This document shows, in pieces, positions 1 to 9,399 of a stretch of 40,830 nucleotides of DNA. Position 1 is the stretch's first letter; each line of letters opens with the position of its first letter. The DNA is taken from positions 1 through 40,830 of the forward strand of contig JBPCWY010000088.1 in the NCBI GenBank assembly GCA_051009035.1, written 5' to 3'. The notes under the pieces were generated by a model, which had not been told where the DNA came from, ran no database searches, and saw nothing but the letters and a program-made list of their open reading frames with translations. A program made the translations under genes and the position numbers. This DNA is from Gammaproteobacteria bacterium (lineage in GTDB: Bacteria; Pseudomonadota; Gammaproteobacteria; Tethybacterales; Persebacteraceae).

Positions 1-6
1 CGCCCG

Positions 7-28
7 CCCCGCAGGCGCGGGGTTTTTT
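7..28 (+). terminator. Intrinsic-terminator-like hairpin closing an off-window upstream gene
   Basis: ccccgc (7-12), loop aggc, gcgggg (17-22), then tttttt (23-28), read directly. Confidence 0.5.
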
Positions 29-93
29 GCGCGCAAATCTCCTTCCCGCGCCGAAATTTATTTCAGCGCGGGGATTGGGAATATCGGATTTTG

Positions 94-102
94 TGGTATA
101 TT
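94..102 (+). promoter_or_regulatory. Extended -10 promoter element TGGTATATT upstream of the GmrSD-like gene
   Basis: tggtatatt at 94-102 (TG-n-TATATT), 48 nt upstream of the ATG at 150. No clear -35. Confidence 0.35.
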
Positions 103-110
103 TCGGCAGA

Positions 111-136
111 CCGCCCGTTTTGGAGGCGGGTTTTTT
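111..136 (+). terminator. Hairpin plus T6 inside the putative leader of the GmrSD-like gene (terminator/attenuator-like)
   Basis: ccgcc (111-115) pairs with ggcgg (125-129), followed by g and tttttt (131-136). It lies between the candidate -10 and the RBS GAGGAG (137-142). Confidence 0.35.
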
Positions 137-149
137 GAGGAGAAATTTT

Positions 150-1784
150 ATGAGACCACCAGAAACACTTCCAGTTGCCGATCTTATTAAGGAGTATAAC
201 GAGGGGCAATTAAAATTGCCGGAAATACAACGAGGGTATGTATGGAAAACATCCCAAATTTGTAAGTTATTGGATTCGCTTTATCGCGGTTATCCGACTG
301 GTTCAATTCTCGTTTGGGAAGCCGATAGAGATACTCCGGTTCGGGATTCCGCGGTTGAGCAAAAAAATAACCATAGATCGCGTTTTTTATTGGACGGACA
401 ACAACGCGTTACATCGCTTATTGCGGCGTTAAAAGACAAGCCGATTAAAGTGAAAGGCAGGAAAGAGCCGGTGAAGGTGGAAATTCTTTTTAATTTAAAC
501 CACTCCGACGATCTGAAATTTAACGAAGAAACGGGGCGGGAAGATGTTGAAAAGGCGACTTTTGTGGTTGCGCAAAAGAAATTTACGCGGCTACCTCACT
601 GGGTTAAGGTTGCTGATGTTTTTAAGGCGGACAACACGGCTACATTTTTGCTAGAGCATAATATTTTTGATCATCCGGATAGAAATAAATATTTATCTCG
701 TCTGGGAAAATTAATGGAGATTAACAAATATGTCTATAAGGTAGATGTTCTTTCGCACGACCTTGATGAAGCCGCGGTGACGGATATTTTCGTGCGCGTT
801 AATTCCTCAGGAACAAAGCTTAAGGGGTCGGATTTGGCGTTGGCGCAAATTACCTCTATATGGAAAAATTCCTTGAAAAAATTTGAGAAACAGCAAGAGA
901 CATATAACTCCAAACAGAGTTTTCCGATGGACATGGGGATTCTGGTTAGGAATTTGATTGCATATGCTACGGGACAATGCAAATTTCACCGCGTGCGCGC
1001 ATTGTCTGCGGAACAATTGCAAGAAGATTGGGAGAAGAGTATTAAGGGAATGGATTTTGCGATTCATTTTGTTCAGAATAACGCAAAAATTTCCAGCCCT
1101 ACCTTGCTTTCATCTCCGTATATTTTAATTACGCTGGCGGCGTATGGAATGCGCCACGGCTATCGCGTGGAAGACGAGGACATAAAGAAACTTTACCGCT
1201 GGGTGATGATGGCAAATGCCAGAGGACGTTATTCTTGGGCTGCCTCGGAGACCGTGTTAGATGAAGATTTGCGTGCTATAAAGAAGGGCGGCGGAGTTGA
1301 CGAATTAATCAGCACGCTGGAACAGAGATTTGGTCGGCTTGATATTTCCGTGGAAAATTTGAAAGGAAGTAGCTACCTGCTTAAATGCATGTTCATGGCT
1401 TTTAAATCCGCGAAAGCCAAGGATTGGTTGTCTGGTCTTGAAATAACAATGTCCTCTACTGGTGCCTCCCACAAATTGGAAGGGCATCATATATTTCCGC
1501 GCGCGTTGCTTAAAAAACACGGCGGTTATCAAAGTAAAGAGATAAACGATATTTCCAATTTGGCGTTTATTTCCATGAAAACTAACAGGGAAATCGGCAA
1601 AAGACCTCCGGCGGAATATATTCCGGAGTTTTGCAAAAAGCGCGGCGCGGAAATATTTGTCGCCCAATGTATTCCGCATGAGAATCCGGAATTATTGAAA
1701 CTGGAATCTTACCCAAAGTTTCTTGAGGAGCGCAGAAAACGGATAACCAAACGGCTTAACGAATTTCTTAATCCGAGTTGGTAA
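150..1784 (+). CDS. GmrSD-family Type IV (modification-dependent) restriction endonuclease: DUF262 N-terminal domain plus DUF1524 His-Me finger C-terminal domain
   Basis: N-terminus has PEIQRGYVW and LLDGQQRVTSL (DUF262 DGQQR motif). C-terminus has EGHHIFPRALL...NLAFISMKTNREIG (DUF1524/HNH-like). The ATG at 150 is preceded by GAGGAG with 7-nt spacing. The track start at 27 is a TTG extension. The gene is AT-richer than its neighbours. Confidence 0.85.
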   Translation: MRPPETLPVADLIKEYNEGQLKLPEIQRGYVWKTSQICKLLDSLYRGYPTGSILVWEADRDTPVRDSAVEQKNNHRSRFLLDGQQRVTSLIAALKDKPIKVKGRKEPVKVEILFNLNHSDDLKFNEETGREDVEKATFVVAQKKFTRLPHWVKVADVFKADNTATFLLEHNIFDHPDRNKYLSRLGKLMEINKYVYKVDVLSHDLDEAAVTDIFVRVNSSGTKLKGSDLALAQITSIWKNSLKKFEKQQETYNSKQSFPMDMGILVRNLIAYATGQCKFHRVRALSAEQLQEDWEKSIKGMDFAIHFVQNNAKISSPTLLSSPYILITLAAYGMRHGYRVEDEDIKKLYRWVMMANARGRYSWAASETVLDEDLRAIKKGGGVDELISTLEQRFGRLDISVENLKGSSYLLKCMFMAFKSAKAKDWLSGLEITMSSTGASHKLEGHHIFPRALLKKHGGYQSKEINDISNLAFISMKTNREIGKRPPAEYIPEFCKKRGAEIFVAQCIPHENPELLKLESYPKFLEERRKRITKRLNEFLNPSW

Positions 1785-1787
1785 TTA

Positions 1788-1820
1788 CCGCCCGCCGCCG
1801 GTTTTGACCGGAGCGGGCGG
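1788..1820. terminator. Long GC hairpin between convergent genes (bidirectional terminator candidate)
   Basis: ccgcccgc (1788-1795) pairs with gcgggcgg (1813-1820), with inner ccgg/ccgg pairing. No strong T-tract on either side. Confidence 0.4.
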
Positions 1821-1848
1821 GATTAAATCCGCGCACATTAGTGGCGGA

Positions 1849-2439
1849 TTAATGCACCGTCAAATCCGGCTCTTTGCTTAAGTCCAGTTTTTTGGCAAGG
1901 CGCGCGCCTTTTTTGTTCATGGTGATGCTGTCGTAAAAATTTTCCATTGCAATATACGCGCCGTTTTTTTGCGCCCATTGCACCATCCGCGGGTCGCTAA
2001 TTTGCCGCCACGACATAATTTCCACTTTCCAGCCGTTTTTGCGCAGGATAGCCGCATCGCCGAGCAACAACGGCTCGTCCGCAAAACCGCAACCGTCGCC
2101 GGTAATCAGCACGGCGGTGTTTGCGCCGCCGGAATACCGCAACGCATCGCGCAACATTTGCGCCGCTAAAAAATCGGCGCACGAAATTTCCGTTTCGGGG
2201 TTGCGCGAAGCGACTTCCGTTTTGTTTTCGCGCAAACCGTAAATCGCCGTGCGCAACAATTCCATGCCTTTGGGCGCGGCGACTGCAACGCTTGCGATGT
2301 TGCGCCGATTGCGCGCCAACTCAAACAAATTCCGAAAATAAATACTGTCCCAGTGCTCCGCATCATAGTCGGTTTGTATTTCCGCCGCGCCGCTCATTAC
2401 CGAATAGGCGTCCATATAAATGTGAATATTGTCGTTCAT
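1849..2439 (-). CDS. NYN-domain (LabA/DUF88-like, PIN-related) protein
   Basis: MNDNIHIYMDAYS...NTAVLITGDGCGFADEP...LRKNGWKVEIMSW matches the NYN pattern (N-terminal acidic residue, xxSGDxD-like ITGDG, second beta-strand block). The ATG at 2439 is preceded by AAGGAG. The track start at 2493 is an upstream extension. Confidence 0.7.
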   Translation of the reverse strand: MNDNIHIYMDAYSVMSGAAEIQTDYDAEHWDSIYFRNLFELARNRRNIASVAVAAPKGMELLRTAIYGLRENKTEVASRNPETEISCADFLAAQMLRDALRYSGGANTAVLITGDGCGFADEPLLLGDAAILRKNGWKVEIMSWRQISDPRMVQWAQKNGAYIAMENFYDSITMNKKGARLAKKLDLSKEPDLTVH

Positions 2440-2663
2440 TGCCGCTCCTTTTTTATTTAAATAAGGGGCGTATTGTATCATGTAAATTTGCAAAAGTCAA
2501 CCCCTATTGGGGCGTGCAGGCGTAAAACGCGCAAAAAAATTTGTTTGCGCGCGGTTTTTGCGAAGATTTTGGCGGCGGTTTTGGGTTTTGCGGGGAATTG
2601 GCGGGGCGCGTTTTTTTTGCGGCGAAACAAATGCGGCGTTTTGGCGGCGGGGGCGTTTTGGTT

Positions 2664-2669
2664 TATAAT
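2664..2669 (+). promoter_or_regulatory. -10 hexamer TATAAT upstream of icd
   Basis: tataat at 2664-2669. GGAG RBS at 2681-2684. ATG at 2691. Confidence 0.4.
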
Positions 2670-2690
2670 TGCAAAAAAACGGAGCATGCT

Positions 2691-3947
<1,257 letters not shown>

Positions 3948-4077
3948 TTGCGCCGCGCGATATAAAATGCGGGCGGCAATTTCTTGCAGGTTATTTTTAC
4001 CAACAAAAAATAAATGTAAAAAATTGCCGTTCCCGCGAAAACGGAAAATTGGATAACGCCGCATGTTTTGCAGGGAG

Positions 4078-4117
4078 ATTCCCGCTTTCGCGAAAATGGC
4101 GGGAGAATAACGGGAAT
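4078..4117. repeat. Degenerate copy of the ATTCC-N8-GGAAT palindromic repeat family
   Basis: attcccgctttcgcg...gcgggagaataacgggaat lies between convergent icd and mltA and is preceded by gggag, as in other copies (agag). Confidence 0.4.
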
Positions 4118-4222
4118 GGCAAACATGACATGAGCGGCGGGGAGCGGGAATTTTTACAACGCCGTATATTTTGCAAAAGGTTTTTGCTTTTACGGGAATA
4201 GAAATGCGCGAAAGAAATATTA

Positions 4223-5371
4223 TTAACGCGGGAGCAGTATAAAAAGTTTGCCGCGCGTTTTCATTAATCCCGCCATTTTTTCGGCGCGCGCGCCGCGGCC
4301 CCAAAAGAAATCGGCGCGGACATTTCCGGCAATCGCGCCGCCGGTATCCTGCGCAAACATTAACCGCCGCAACGGCGTTTTGCCGTCGTCCGGCATTACC
4401 GTGGAAAGCCAAACCGGCGCGCCCGGCGGAACCGCTTTGGTATCCGCCGCCAAACTTCTTTCCGGCGTAAGCGGCACGCCCAAAGAACCGCGGGGCCCGA
4501 AATTAATATCGTCGCGGCGGGTGAAAAAAACATAACTCGGGTTTTCGTTTAATAAATTTCCGGCGCGATGCGGATTGTCGCGCAGCCATTTTTTCAGCGA
4601 AAACAAATTAACATCTTCGCGCCGCATTTCGCCGCGCTCAATTAAAATGCGCCCGATAGAACGGTAAGGATGCCCGTTTTGGTCTTGGTAGCCGACTCCG
4701 ACAATGCGCCCGTCCCGCAACCGCACCAGCCCCGAACCTTGAATGTGCAAAAAGAAAAGCGCGGCTTTGTCGTCCACCCACAACAATTCTTCGCCGGCGA
4801 GCGGCGCGTTTGCGCCGTCAATTTCGGCGCGGGAATAATACGGCGCGACCGCGCCGTTGTTGATTCGCCCGCGCACCCGTTTATTTTGCAGCTCCGGATA
4901 CAGCGCGCCCAATTCTACGCGCAACAAGCCGGCGGGGCGCGCATATACCGGATAACGAAATGTTTCCGACCGCGCGACCGCGCCTTCCAACAACGGCTCG
5001 TAATAGCCGGTAATTAATCCTTCATCGTTTCCGTTTTCGTTTAATAATTGAACCGGCGAAAAATGATTCTCAAAAAAACGCCGCGCGGCAATATCCGAAA
5101 TATTTTCCGGCAACAATTTCGCCGCCGCACAAGGCGCATCCCACGCGCCGCGCAGTTTTTCGCAACTGCGCAAAAATACCGGCAACGTTTTCGCGTGCGC
5201 GTCTTCGGTCCACCCCGGCAATTCTTCCCACGACATTGCGCGGCGGGATGTTTCCGGCGCGACAAAAGCGCATCCGGAAATTAATCCAAAAATTAGCATG
5301 CACAAAAAAATTTGAACCGCGCAAGCCGCGCAATCGCCGCGCGAAATTTTACCCGCCAATATTTTACGCAT
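4223..5371 (-). CDS. mltA: Membrane-bound lytic murein transglycosylase A (lipoprotein)
   Basis: Signal peptide with lipobox (LISGC). Contains MltA domain motifs (ITGYYEP, YRSIGRILI) and a 3D domain (FAQDTGGAIAGNVRADFFWG). The ATG at 5371 overlaps the upstream stop as TAATG. The 492-aa track ORF is an Arg-rich N-terminal extension. Confidence 0.85.
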   Translation of the reverse strand: MRKILAGKISRGDCAACAVQIFLCMLIFGLISGCAFVAPETSRRAMSWEELPGWTEDAHAKTLPVFLRSCEKLRGAWDAPCAAAKLLPENISDIAARRFFENHFSPVQLLNENGNDEGLITGYYEPLLEGAVARSETFRYPVYARPAGLLRVELGALYPELQNKRVRGRINNGAVAPYYSRAEIDGANAPLAGEELLWVDDKAALFFLHIQGSGLVRLRDGRIVGVGYQDQNGHPYRSIGRILIERGEMRREDVNLFSLKKWLRDNPHRAGNLLNENPSYVFFTRRDDINFGPRGSLGVPLTPERSLAADTKAVPPGAPVWLSTVMPDDGKTPLRRLMFAQDTGGAIAGNVRADFFWGRGARAEKMAGLMKTRGKLFILLPR

Positions 5372-6303
5372 TACGCGCGCCCGTAAATCCGGCGGCATGC
5401 CGCTTCCGCTTCCGCGGCGGTGATATGATAACCTTGTCCGCCTTGGCGCGCGGCTTTGACGCCCGCAATGACGGAAGCGAATTGCAATATTTGCGGCCAC
5501 TTCCATTCGCGCTGCAAGCCGTAAATTAATCCCGCGCGGTAGGCGTCCCCGCAGCCGGTCGTGTCCGCCGTTTTGCCGAATGTTGCCGCCGTTGTGCGGT
5601 GCGTTTGTCCGCCGGTATGCGCTTCGGAACCGGCGTCTCCGCGGGTGATAATCATCGTTTGTTTTTCGCCCGTCCGCGCATCGCCCGCGGTTTTTTGGCA
5701 AAATTCGTATTCATCTTGGTTAAAAACGGCGATTTGGCACAGCGCGAGAATCTCCCGCAACTCTTCGCCCGCAAGCAATCCGATTGCTTGTCCGGGGTCA
5801 AAAATAAACGGCGTTTTTGCCGCCGCCAATTCGCGCCCAAAATGCAGCATCGCTTCGCGCCCGTTGGGGCTGACAATCGCCATCGCGGGCGGGGCGGACA
5901 AATCGCCGATGCTTTGCCGGTGCGCTTCGGCGCTTGCGCCGGGGTGGAATAAAATAATTTGGCTTTCGTCGTCGTCGCTTGCCAAAAACGCCTGCGCGGT
6001 ATACGCGCCGCCGATTGTTTTCACATGCAAATCGCTAATGCCGCAACGGCGCAGATGGTCCCGGTAGGGGGAAAAATCTTCGCCCACCGCCGCCATCAAC
6101 AGCGGCGAACCGCCCAGCAAGTTTAATCCGAAAGCGATATTCCCGGCGCAACCGCCAAACGCCCGCCGCATGGACGGGACGGTAAACGCCGCGCTAAATC
6201 CGGCGGCTTGCGGGTCGGGCAGGCGGGCGGCAAAACGCCCGCCGATGCGCATGATGTAATCAAACGCCAGCGCGCCGATAATTAAAACTTCGTCCGTTGC
6301 CAT
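5371..6303 (-). CDS. PfkB-family carbohydrate/nucleoside kinase (adenosine-kinase-like)
   Basis: FDYIM...GGCAGNIAFGLNLLGG...FHPGA...TRGDAGS...DTTGCGDAYRAGLIYGL (PfkB signature 2, DTxGAGD-like). Confidence 0.8.
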   Translation of the reverse strand: MATDEVLIIGALAFDYIMRIGGRFAARLPDPQAAGFSAAFTVPSMRRAFGGCAGNIAFGLNLLGGSPLLMAAVGEDFSPYRDHLRRCGISDLHVKTIGGAYTAQAFLASDDDESQIILFHPGASAEAHRQSIGDLSAPPAMAIVSPNGREAMLHFGRELAAAKTPFIFDPGQAIGLLAGEELREILALCQIAVFNQDEYEFCQKTAGDARTGEKQTMIITRGDAGSEAHTGGQTHRTTAATFGKTADTTGCGDAYRAGLIYGLQREWKWPQILQFASVIAGVKAARQGGQGYHITAAEAEAACRRIYGRA

Positions 6304-6356
6304 GTTTTCCGCGCTATTTTAACGCAACGGGCGTTTTTTTCGGCGCGCGCCGCGCG

Positions 6357-6365
6357 TGCTACAAT
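6357..6365 (+). promoter_or_regulatory. Extended -10 TGCTACAAT upstream of gor; predicts a leaderless mRNA
   Basis: tgctacaat at 6357-6365. The ATG at 6372 is 6 nt after the hexamer. No SD sequence is possible. Confidence 0.45.
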
Positions 6366-6371
6366 AGAAAT

Positions 6372-7715
6372 ATGAAATGCGATTTGCTGGTTATCGGAGG
6401 CGGCAGCGGCGGCGTGCGCGCGGCGCGTTTGGCGGCGGCATCCGGCGCGCGCGTGGTGCTTGCCGAAAAAAGCGCGCTGGGCGGGACTTGCGTCAATGTC
6501 GGCTGCGTGCCGAAAAAATTATTCGTCTTCGCGTCTTCATTCGGCGAAGAAACGGAATGCGCCGCCGCATTTGGCTGGCAAAACGCCGCGCCGGGCGATT
6601 TTAATTGGGATATTTTGCGCGAAAACAAAGACCGCGAAATCCTCCGCCTAAACGCAGTATACGCCGAATTGTTAAACAAAGCGGGCGTGGAAGTCGTCCC
6701 CAAAGCGGCGCGGCTTTTGGGCGGACAGCGCGCGGACATCGGCGGCGCGGAAGTGGAAGCCGAAAAAATTCTAATCGCTTGCGGCGCAGTTCCGGCGCGC
6801 CCGCCGTTGCCGGGGGCGGAGCATGGCGTGTTGTCGGACGACATGTTTTATTTGCCGAAACTCCCCCGCCGCGCGGCGGTTATCGGCGGCGGCTATATCG
6901 CGTTGGAGTTCGCCGGAATCTTATCCGGGCTGGGCGTGGAAACGACAATCTGCCACCGCGCCGAATTACCGTTGCGCGGATTTGACGACGATTTGCGCGC
7001 CCACCTCGCCGCCGAAACCGCCAAACGCGGAATCGCCGTCCGCGCCGGAATCGCCCCCGCCGCGATTGAAAATAAAAACGGCGCGCGGCGCGTAGTTTTT
7101 GCGGACGGAAGCGCGCTGGAAGCGGATTTGGTCCTGCTCGCGACCGGGCGCAAACCGGCGTTTTCCGGACTCGGTTTAGAAGCCGCGGAAATTGTCCCAA
7201 ACGCCCGCGGCTTTTTAGAAACGGACGAAGATTACCAAATCAAAAACCGCCCCGGCATTTACGCCATCGGCGATGTCCTGCAAACCCCGGCGTTGACGCC
7301 GGTCGCAACCGCCGAAGCCGGCGTGTTTATCGCGCGCGTTTTCGGCGGCGACAAAACGGCGGCGGTAGATTACGCGCATTTACCCACCGCCGTATTTTCG
7401 CGCCCGCAACTCGCTACCGCCGGCATGAGCGAATCGGCGGCGGCGGTGGCGGGCATTAAAACAAAAATATACAAAAGCGAATTTCGCGCGATGAAACGCG
7501 GCTTTGCCGGAAAAGAATGGCAAACATTAATGAAACTTGTCGTGCGCGAAGAAGACGGGCGCGTTTTGGGCGCGCACCTAATCGGCGAAGACGCGGGCGA
7601 AATCATCCAAGGATTCGCCGTCGCCCTGCGCTGCGGCGCAAGCAAAAACGATTTTGATTCCACCGTCGGCGTCCACCCGACCACCGCCGAAGAATTTGTA
7701 ACAATGCGCGGCTAA
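6372..7715 (+). CDS. gor: Glutathione-disulfide reductase (class I pyridine nucleotide-disulfide oxidoreductase)
   Basis: VIGGGSGG (FAD), redox-active GGTCVNVGCVPKK, C-terminal HPTTAEEFVTMR interface motif. Confidence 0.88.
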   Translation: MKCDLLVIGGGSGGVRAARLAAASGARVVLAEKSALGGTCVNVGCVPKKLFVFASSFGEETECAAAFGWQNAAPGDFNWDILRENKDREILRLNAVYAELLNKAGVEVVPKAARLLGGQRADIGGAEVEAEKILIACGAVPARPPLPGAEHGVLSDDMFYLPKLPRRAAVIGGGYIALEFAGILSGLGVETTICHRAELPLRGFDDDLRAHLAAETAKRGIAVRAGIAPAAIENKNGARRVVFADGSALEADLVLLATGRKPAFSGLGLEAAEIVPNARGFLETDEDYQIKNRPGIYAIGDVLQTPALTPVATAEAGVFIARVFGGDKTAAVDYAHLPTAVFSRPQLATAGMSESAAAVAGIKTKIYKSEFRAMKRGFAGKEWQTLMKLVVREEDGRVLGAHLIGEDAGEIIQGFAVALRCGASKNDFDSTVGVHPTTAEEFVTMRG

Positions 7716-7793
7716 CGCAAAAATTTTTCCGCCAACCGCCGCCGCGTTTTTTTTGCGCGCGCGGGCGCGGCAAAGGACTGCAAATATTATTTT

Positions 7794-8435
7794 ATGATGG
7801 GCGAAACATTCATCGTTGCGCTGGCGACTTTTTTTGCCACCGTCGGGCCTTTTGATGTGGCGGCGGTATACGCCGCATTGGGCGCGCGTCTTAGCGCGGC
7901 GGAAAAACGGCGCATGGCGGCGCGCGGCGTTTTATTGGCGGGCGCGATTTTATTCGTCTTCGCCTTTGCCGGAGAATCGCTATTGCGCGCGCTGGGAATT
8001 TCGCTGCCCGCCTTTCGCGCCGCGGGCGGCGTGTTGCTTTTACTCATCGGCATAGACATGGTTTTCGCGCGGGAATCGGGCGGCGCATCCACGACAAAAG
8101 AAGAAAACATGGACGCGGCAACGCGCGGCGACATTTCGGTTTTTCCGCTGGCGCTCCCGCTCATCGCCGGTCCCGGCACGATGGGCGCGGTATTGCTTTT
8201 AACCACCGGCGCGGAAGGCGAATGGGCGGCGCAGGCGGAGGTATTATTCGCGCTGTTTTTAATTTTGCTGTTAACTTGGTCGTCCATGCTGGTCGCCAAC
8301 CGCCTGCAAAAACTTCTCGGCATAACCGGAATGCATGTAATCGGCCGCGTCTTCGGCGTTTTACTAACCGCGCTGGCAATGCAATTCATCTTTGACGGCA
8401 TAGCCGAAAGCGGAATCCTAACCGCGGCGGGTTGA
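7794..8435 (+). CDS. MarC-family (UPF0056/NAAT) integral membrane protein
   Basis: Six hydrophobic segments. FPLALPLIAGPGTMGAVLLL is the typical MarC motif. Confidence 0.8.
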   Translation: MMGETFIVALATFFATVGPFDVAAVYAALGARLSAAEKRRMAARGVLLAGAILFVFAFAGESLLRALGISLPAFRAAGGVLLLLIGIDMVFARESGGASTTKEENMDAATRGDISVFPLALPLIAGPGTMGAVLLLTTGAEGEWAAQAEVLFALFLILLLTWSSMLVANRLQKLLGITGMHVIGRVFGVLLTALAMQFIFDGIAESGILTAAG

Positions 8436-8441
8436 TTTTTT

Positions 8442-8450
8442 TGGTATACT
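8442..8450 (+). promoter_or_regulatory. Extended -10 TGGTATACT upstream of the orphan membrane-protein gene
   Basis: tggtatact at 8442-8450. RBS aaaggaa lies upstream of the ATG at 8487. This is the same TGGTATA(T/C)T form as upstream of the GmrSD gene. Confidence 0.4.
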
Positions 8451-8486
8451 AACGGCTAACGGCGCGTTTGCGCGGAAAGGAACAAT

Positions 8487-9020
8487 ATGGAAAAAACAAA
8501 AGATTACCAAGAAAAATCCGAATATTTGCGCGAAGCAATTCGGCTGGTTGAGTTGCGGCTGGAGCAGCAGCAAAAATCTTCCGATGAAAATCAGCGAAAA
8601 GCGGCGTTATTAATTACATTTTGCGTTGCCGTAATCGGTTATTTATACGCCGAACAACCGGACGAGTCCGGAGTATATTTGCCGCTCGCGCTTTGGTGGA
8701 CGGTCAAAGTTATATTGGCGGTTATTTTGGGGGCGGCTGTTTTTTACGGTCTGCAAGTCGTGGATATTAAAAAATGGGGAGTTTCAGGAGCCGACCCCGC
8801 TTATGTAGACTCGCGTTTTGGGTGGGATTTTAATCAAATGGCGGAAGAACTGTTGGATGGCTATAAAGAATGTTTTGATATAAATAAGGGAAATTTAGAA
8901 AAGAAAGTAAAAAAATTAAAAATAGCCAGAAATTTGGGCATACTTGGAATAACACTTTCTCTCCTATGGATTGTTATGGAAAGAATTTCTTATATTGTTT
9001 GTTTTTGGGCGGACAAATAA
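8487..9020 (+). CDS. Orphan 177-aa membrane protein: N-terminal charged helix followed by 3 predicted TM segments
   Basis: The ORF is AT-rich relative to its neighbours, with good RBS context. TM candidates are AALLITFCVAVIGYLY, WWTVKVILAVILGAAVFYGLQVV and LGILGITLSLLWIVMERISYIVCFW. I cannot assign a family from sequence alone. Confidence 0.65.
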   Translation: MEKTKDYQEKSEYLREAIRLVELRLEQQQKSSDENQRKAALLITFCVAVIGYLYAEQPDESGVYLPLALWWTVKVILAVILGAAVFYGLQVVDIKKWGVSGADPAYVDSRFGWDFNQMAEELLDGYKECFDINKGNLEKKVKKLKIARNLGILGITLSLLWIVMERISYIVCFWADK

Positions 9021-9041
9021 TTTAAACCGGCAGTAAACGGA

Positions 9042-9200
9042 TTAAAATCCGCGGTTTTCGCACGAATCGCGTTTAGGAGGATTCGCGGTATTTTCTTCTA
9101 TGGAATCCAAAATCGGCCGGTGACGGACCGCATCGGATTCCGGCGGTTGCGATGCCTCCGGCGGTTGGGCGGGCTTGGGCTTTGTCTCTTCTTCGGGCAT
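9042..9200 (-). CDS. Micro-ORF A, 52 aa, acidic and Pro-rich: MPEEETKPKPAQPPEASQPPESDAVRHRPILDSIEENTANPPKRDSCENRGF
   Basis: Hand-translated; below the 60-aa track cutoff. The ATG is 3 nt after the stop of micro-ORF B. It is a paralogue of ORF B, sharing PPEA.QPP..DA, LDS.EE, DS.E.RGF-stop, with synonymous codon differences (GAT TCG vs GAC TCT; CAA vs CAG; TCC vs TCA). Confidence 0.5.
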   Translation of the reverse strand: MPEEETKPKPAQPPEASQPPESDAVRHRPILDSIEENTANPPKRDSCENRGF

Positions 9201-9203
9201 TTT

Positions 9204-9368
9204 TTAAAATCCGCGGTCTTCGTAAGAGTCAAGTTCGGGGCGCTTCAACGCTTTTTCTTCCGTTGAATCCAAAGCCGGCTGGTTGCTATAGAGCGCATCG
9301 GGTTGCGGCGGCTGCACTGCCTCCGGCGGCGGAGCGGATTCGGCGGGTTTTTTGTATTCTTCCGTCAT
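9204..9368 (-). CDS. Micro-ORF B, 54 aa, acidic and Pro-rich: MTEEYKKPAESAPPPEAVQPPQPDALYSNQPALDSTEEKALKRPELDSYEDRGF
   Basis: Hand-translated. The ATG at 9368 is preceded by GAGGA (9380-9376) with 7-nt spacing and by a near-consensus promoter. Confidence 0.55.
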   Translation of the reverse strand: MTEEYKKPAESAPPPEAVQPPQPDALYSNQPALDSTEEKALKRPELDSYEDRGF

Positions 9369-9399
9369 TTTTGTTTCCTCGTAAAAAACAATCCCCTAC

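Noticed and set aside
27-149. N-terminal 41-aa extension of the GmrSD ORF as given in the track (TTG start at 27)
   Set aside because: It runs through two terminator-like hairpins and lacks an RBS. The ATG at 150 has GAGGAG at ideal spacing, and the DUF262 domain begins right after it.
5372-5701. The 492-aa version of the mltA ORF
   Set aside because: The extra 110 aa are Arg/Gly-rich, overlap the PfkB kinase gene out of frame, and precede a perfect lipoprotein signal peptide that begins at the ATG at 5371.
9204-9240. PqqA-like E-x3-Y (ELDSY) or other RiPP precursor assignment for micro-ORF B
   Set aside because: The motif is absent from paralogue A (RDSC), and no radical-SAM, cyclodehydratase or other maturation gene is nearby. 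The idea is kept only as a remote possibility.
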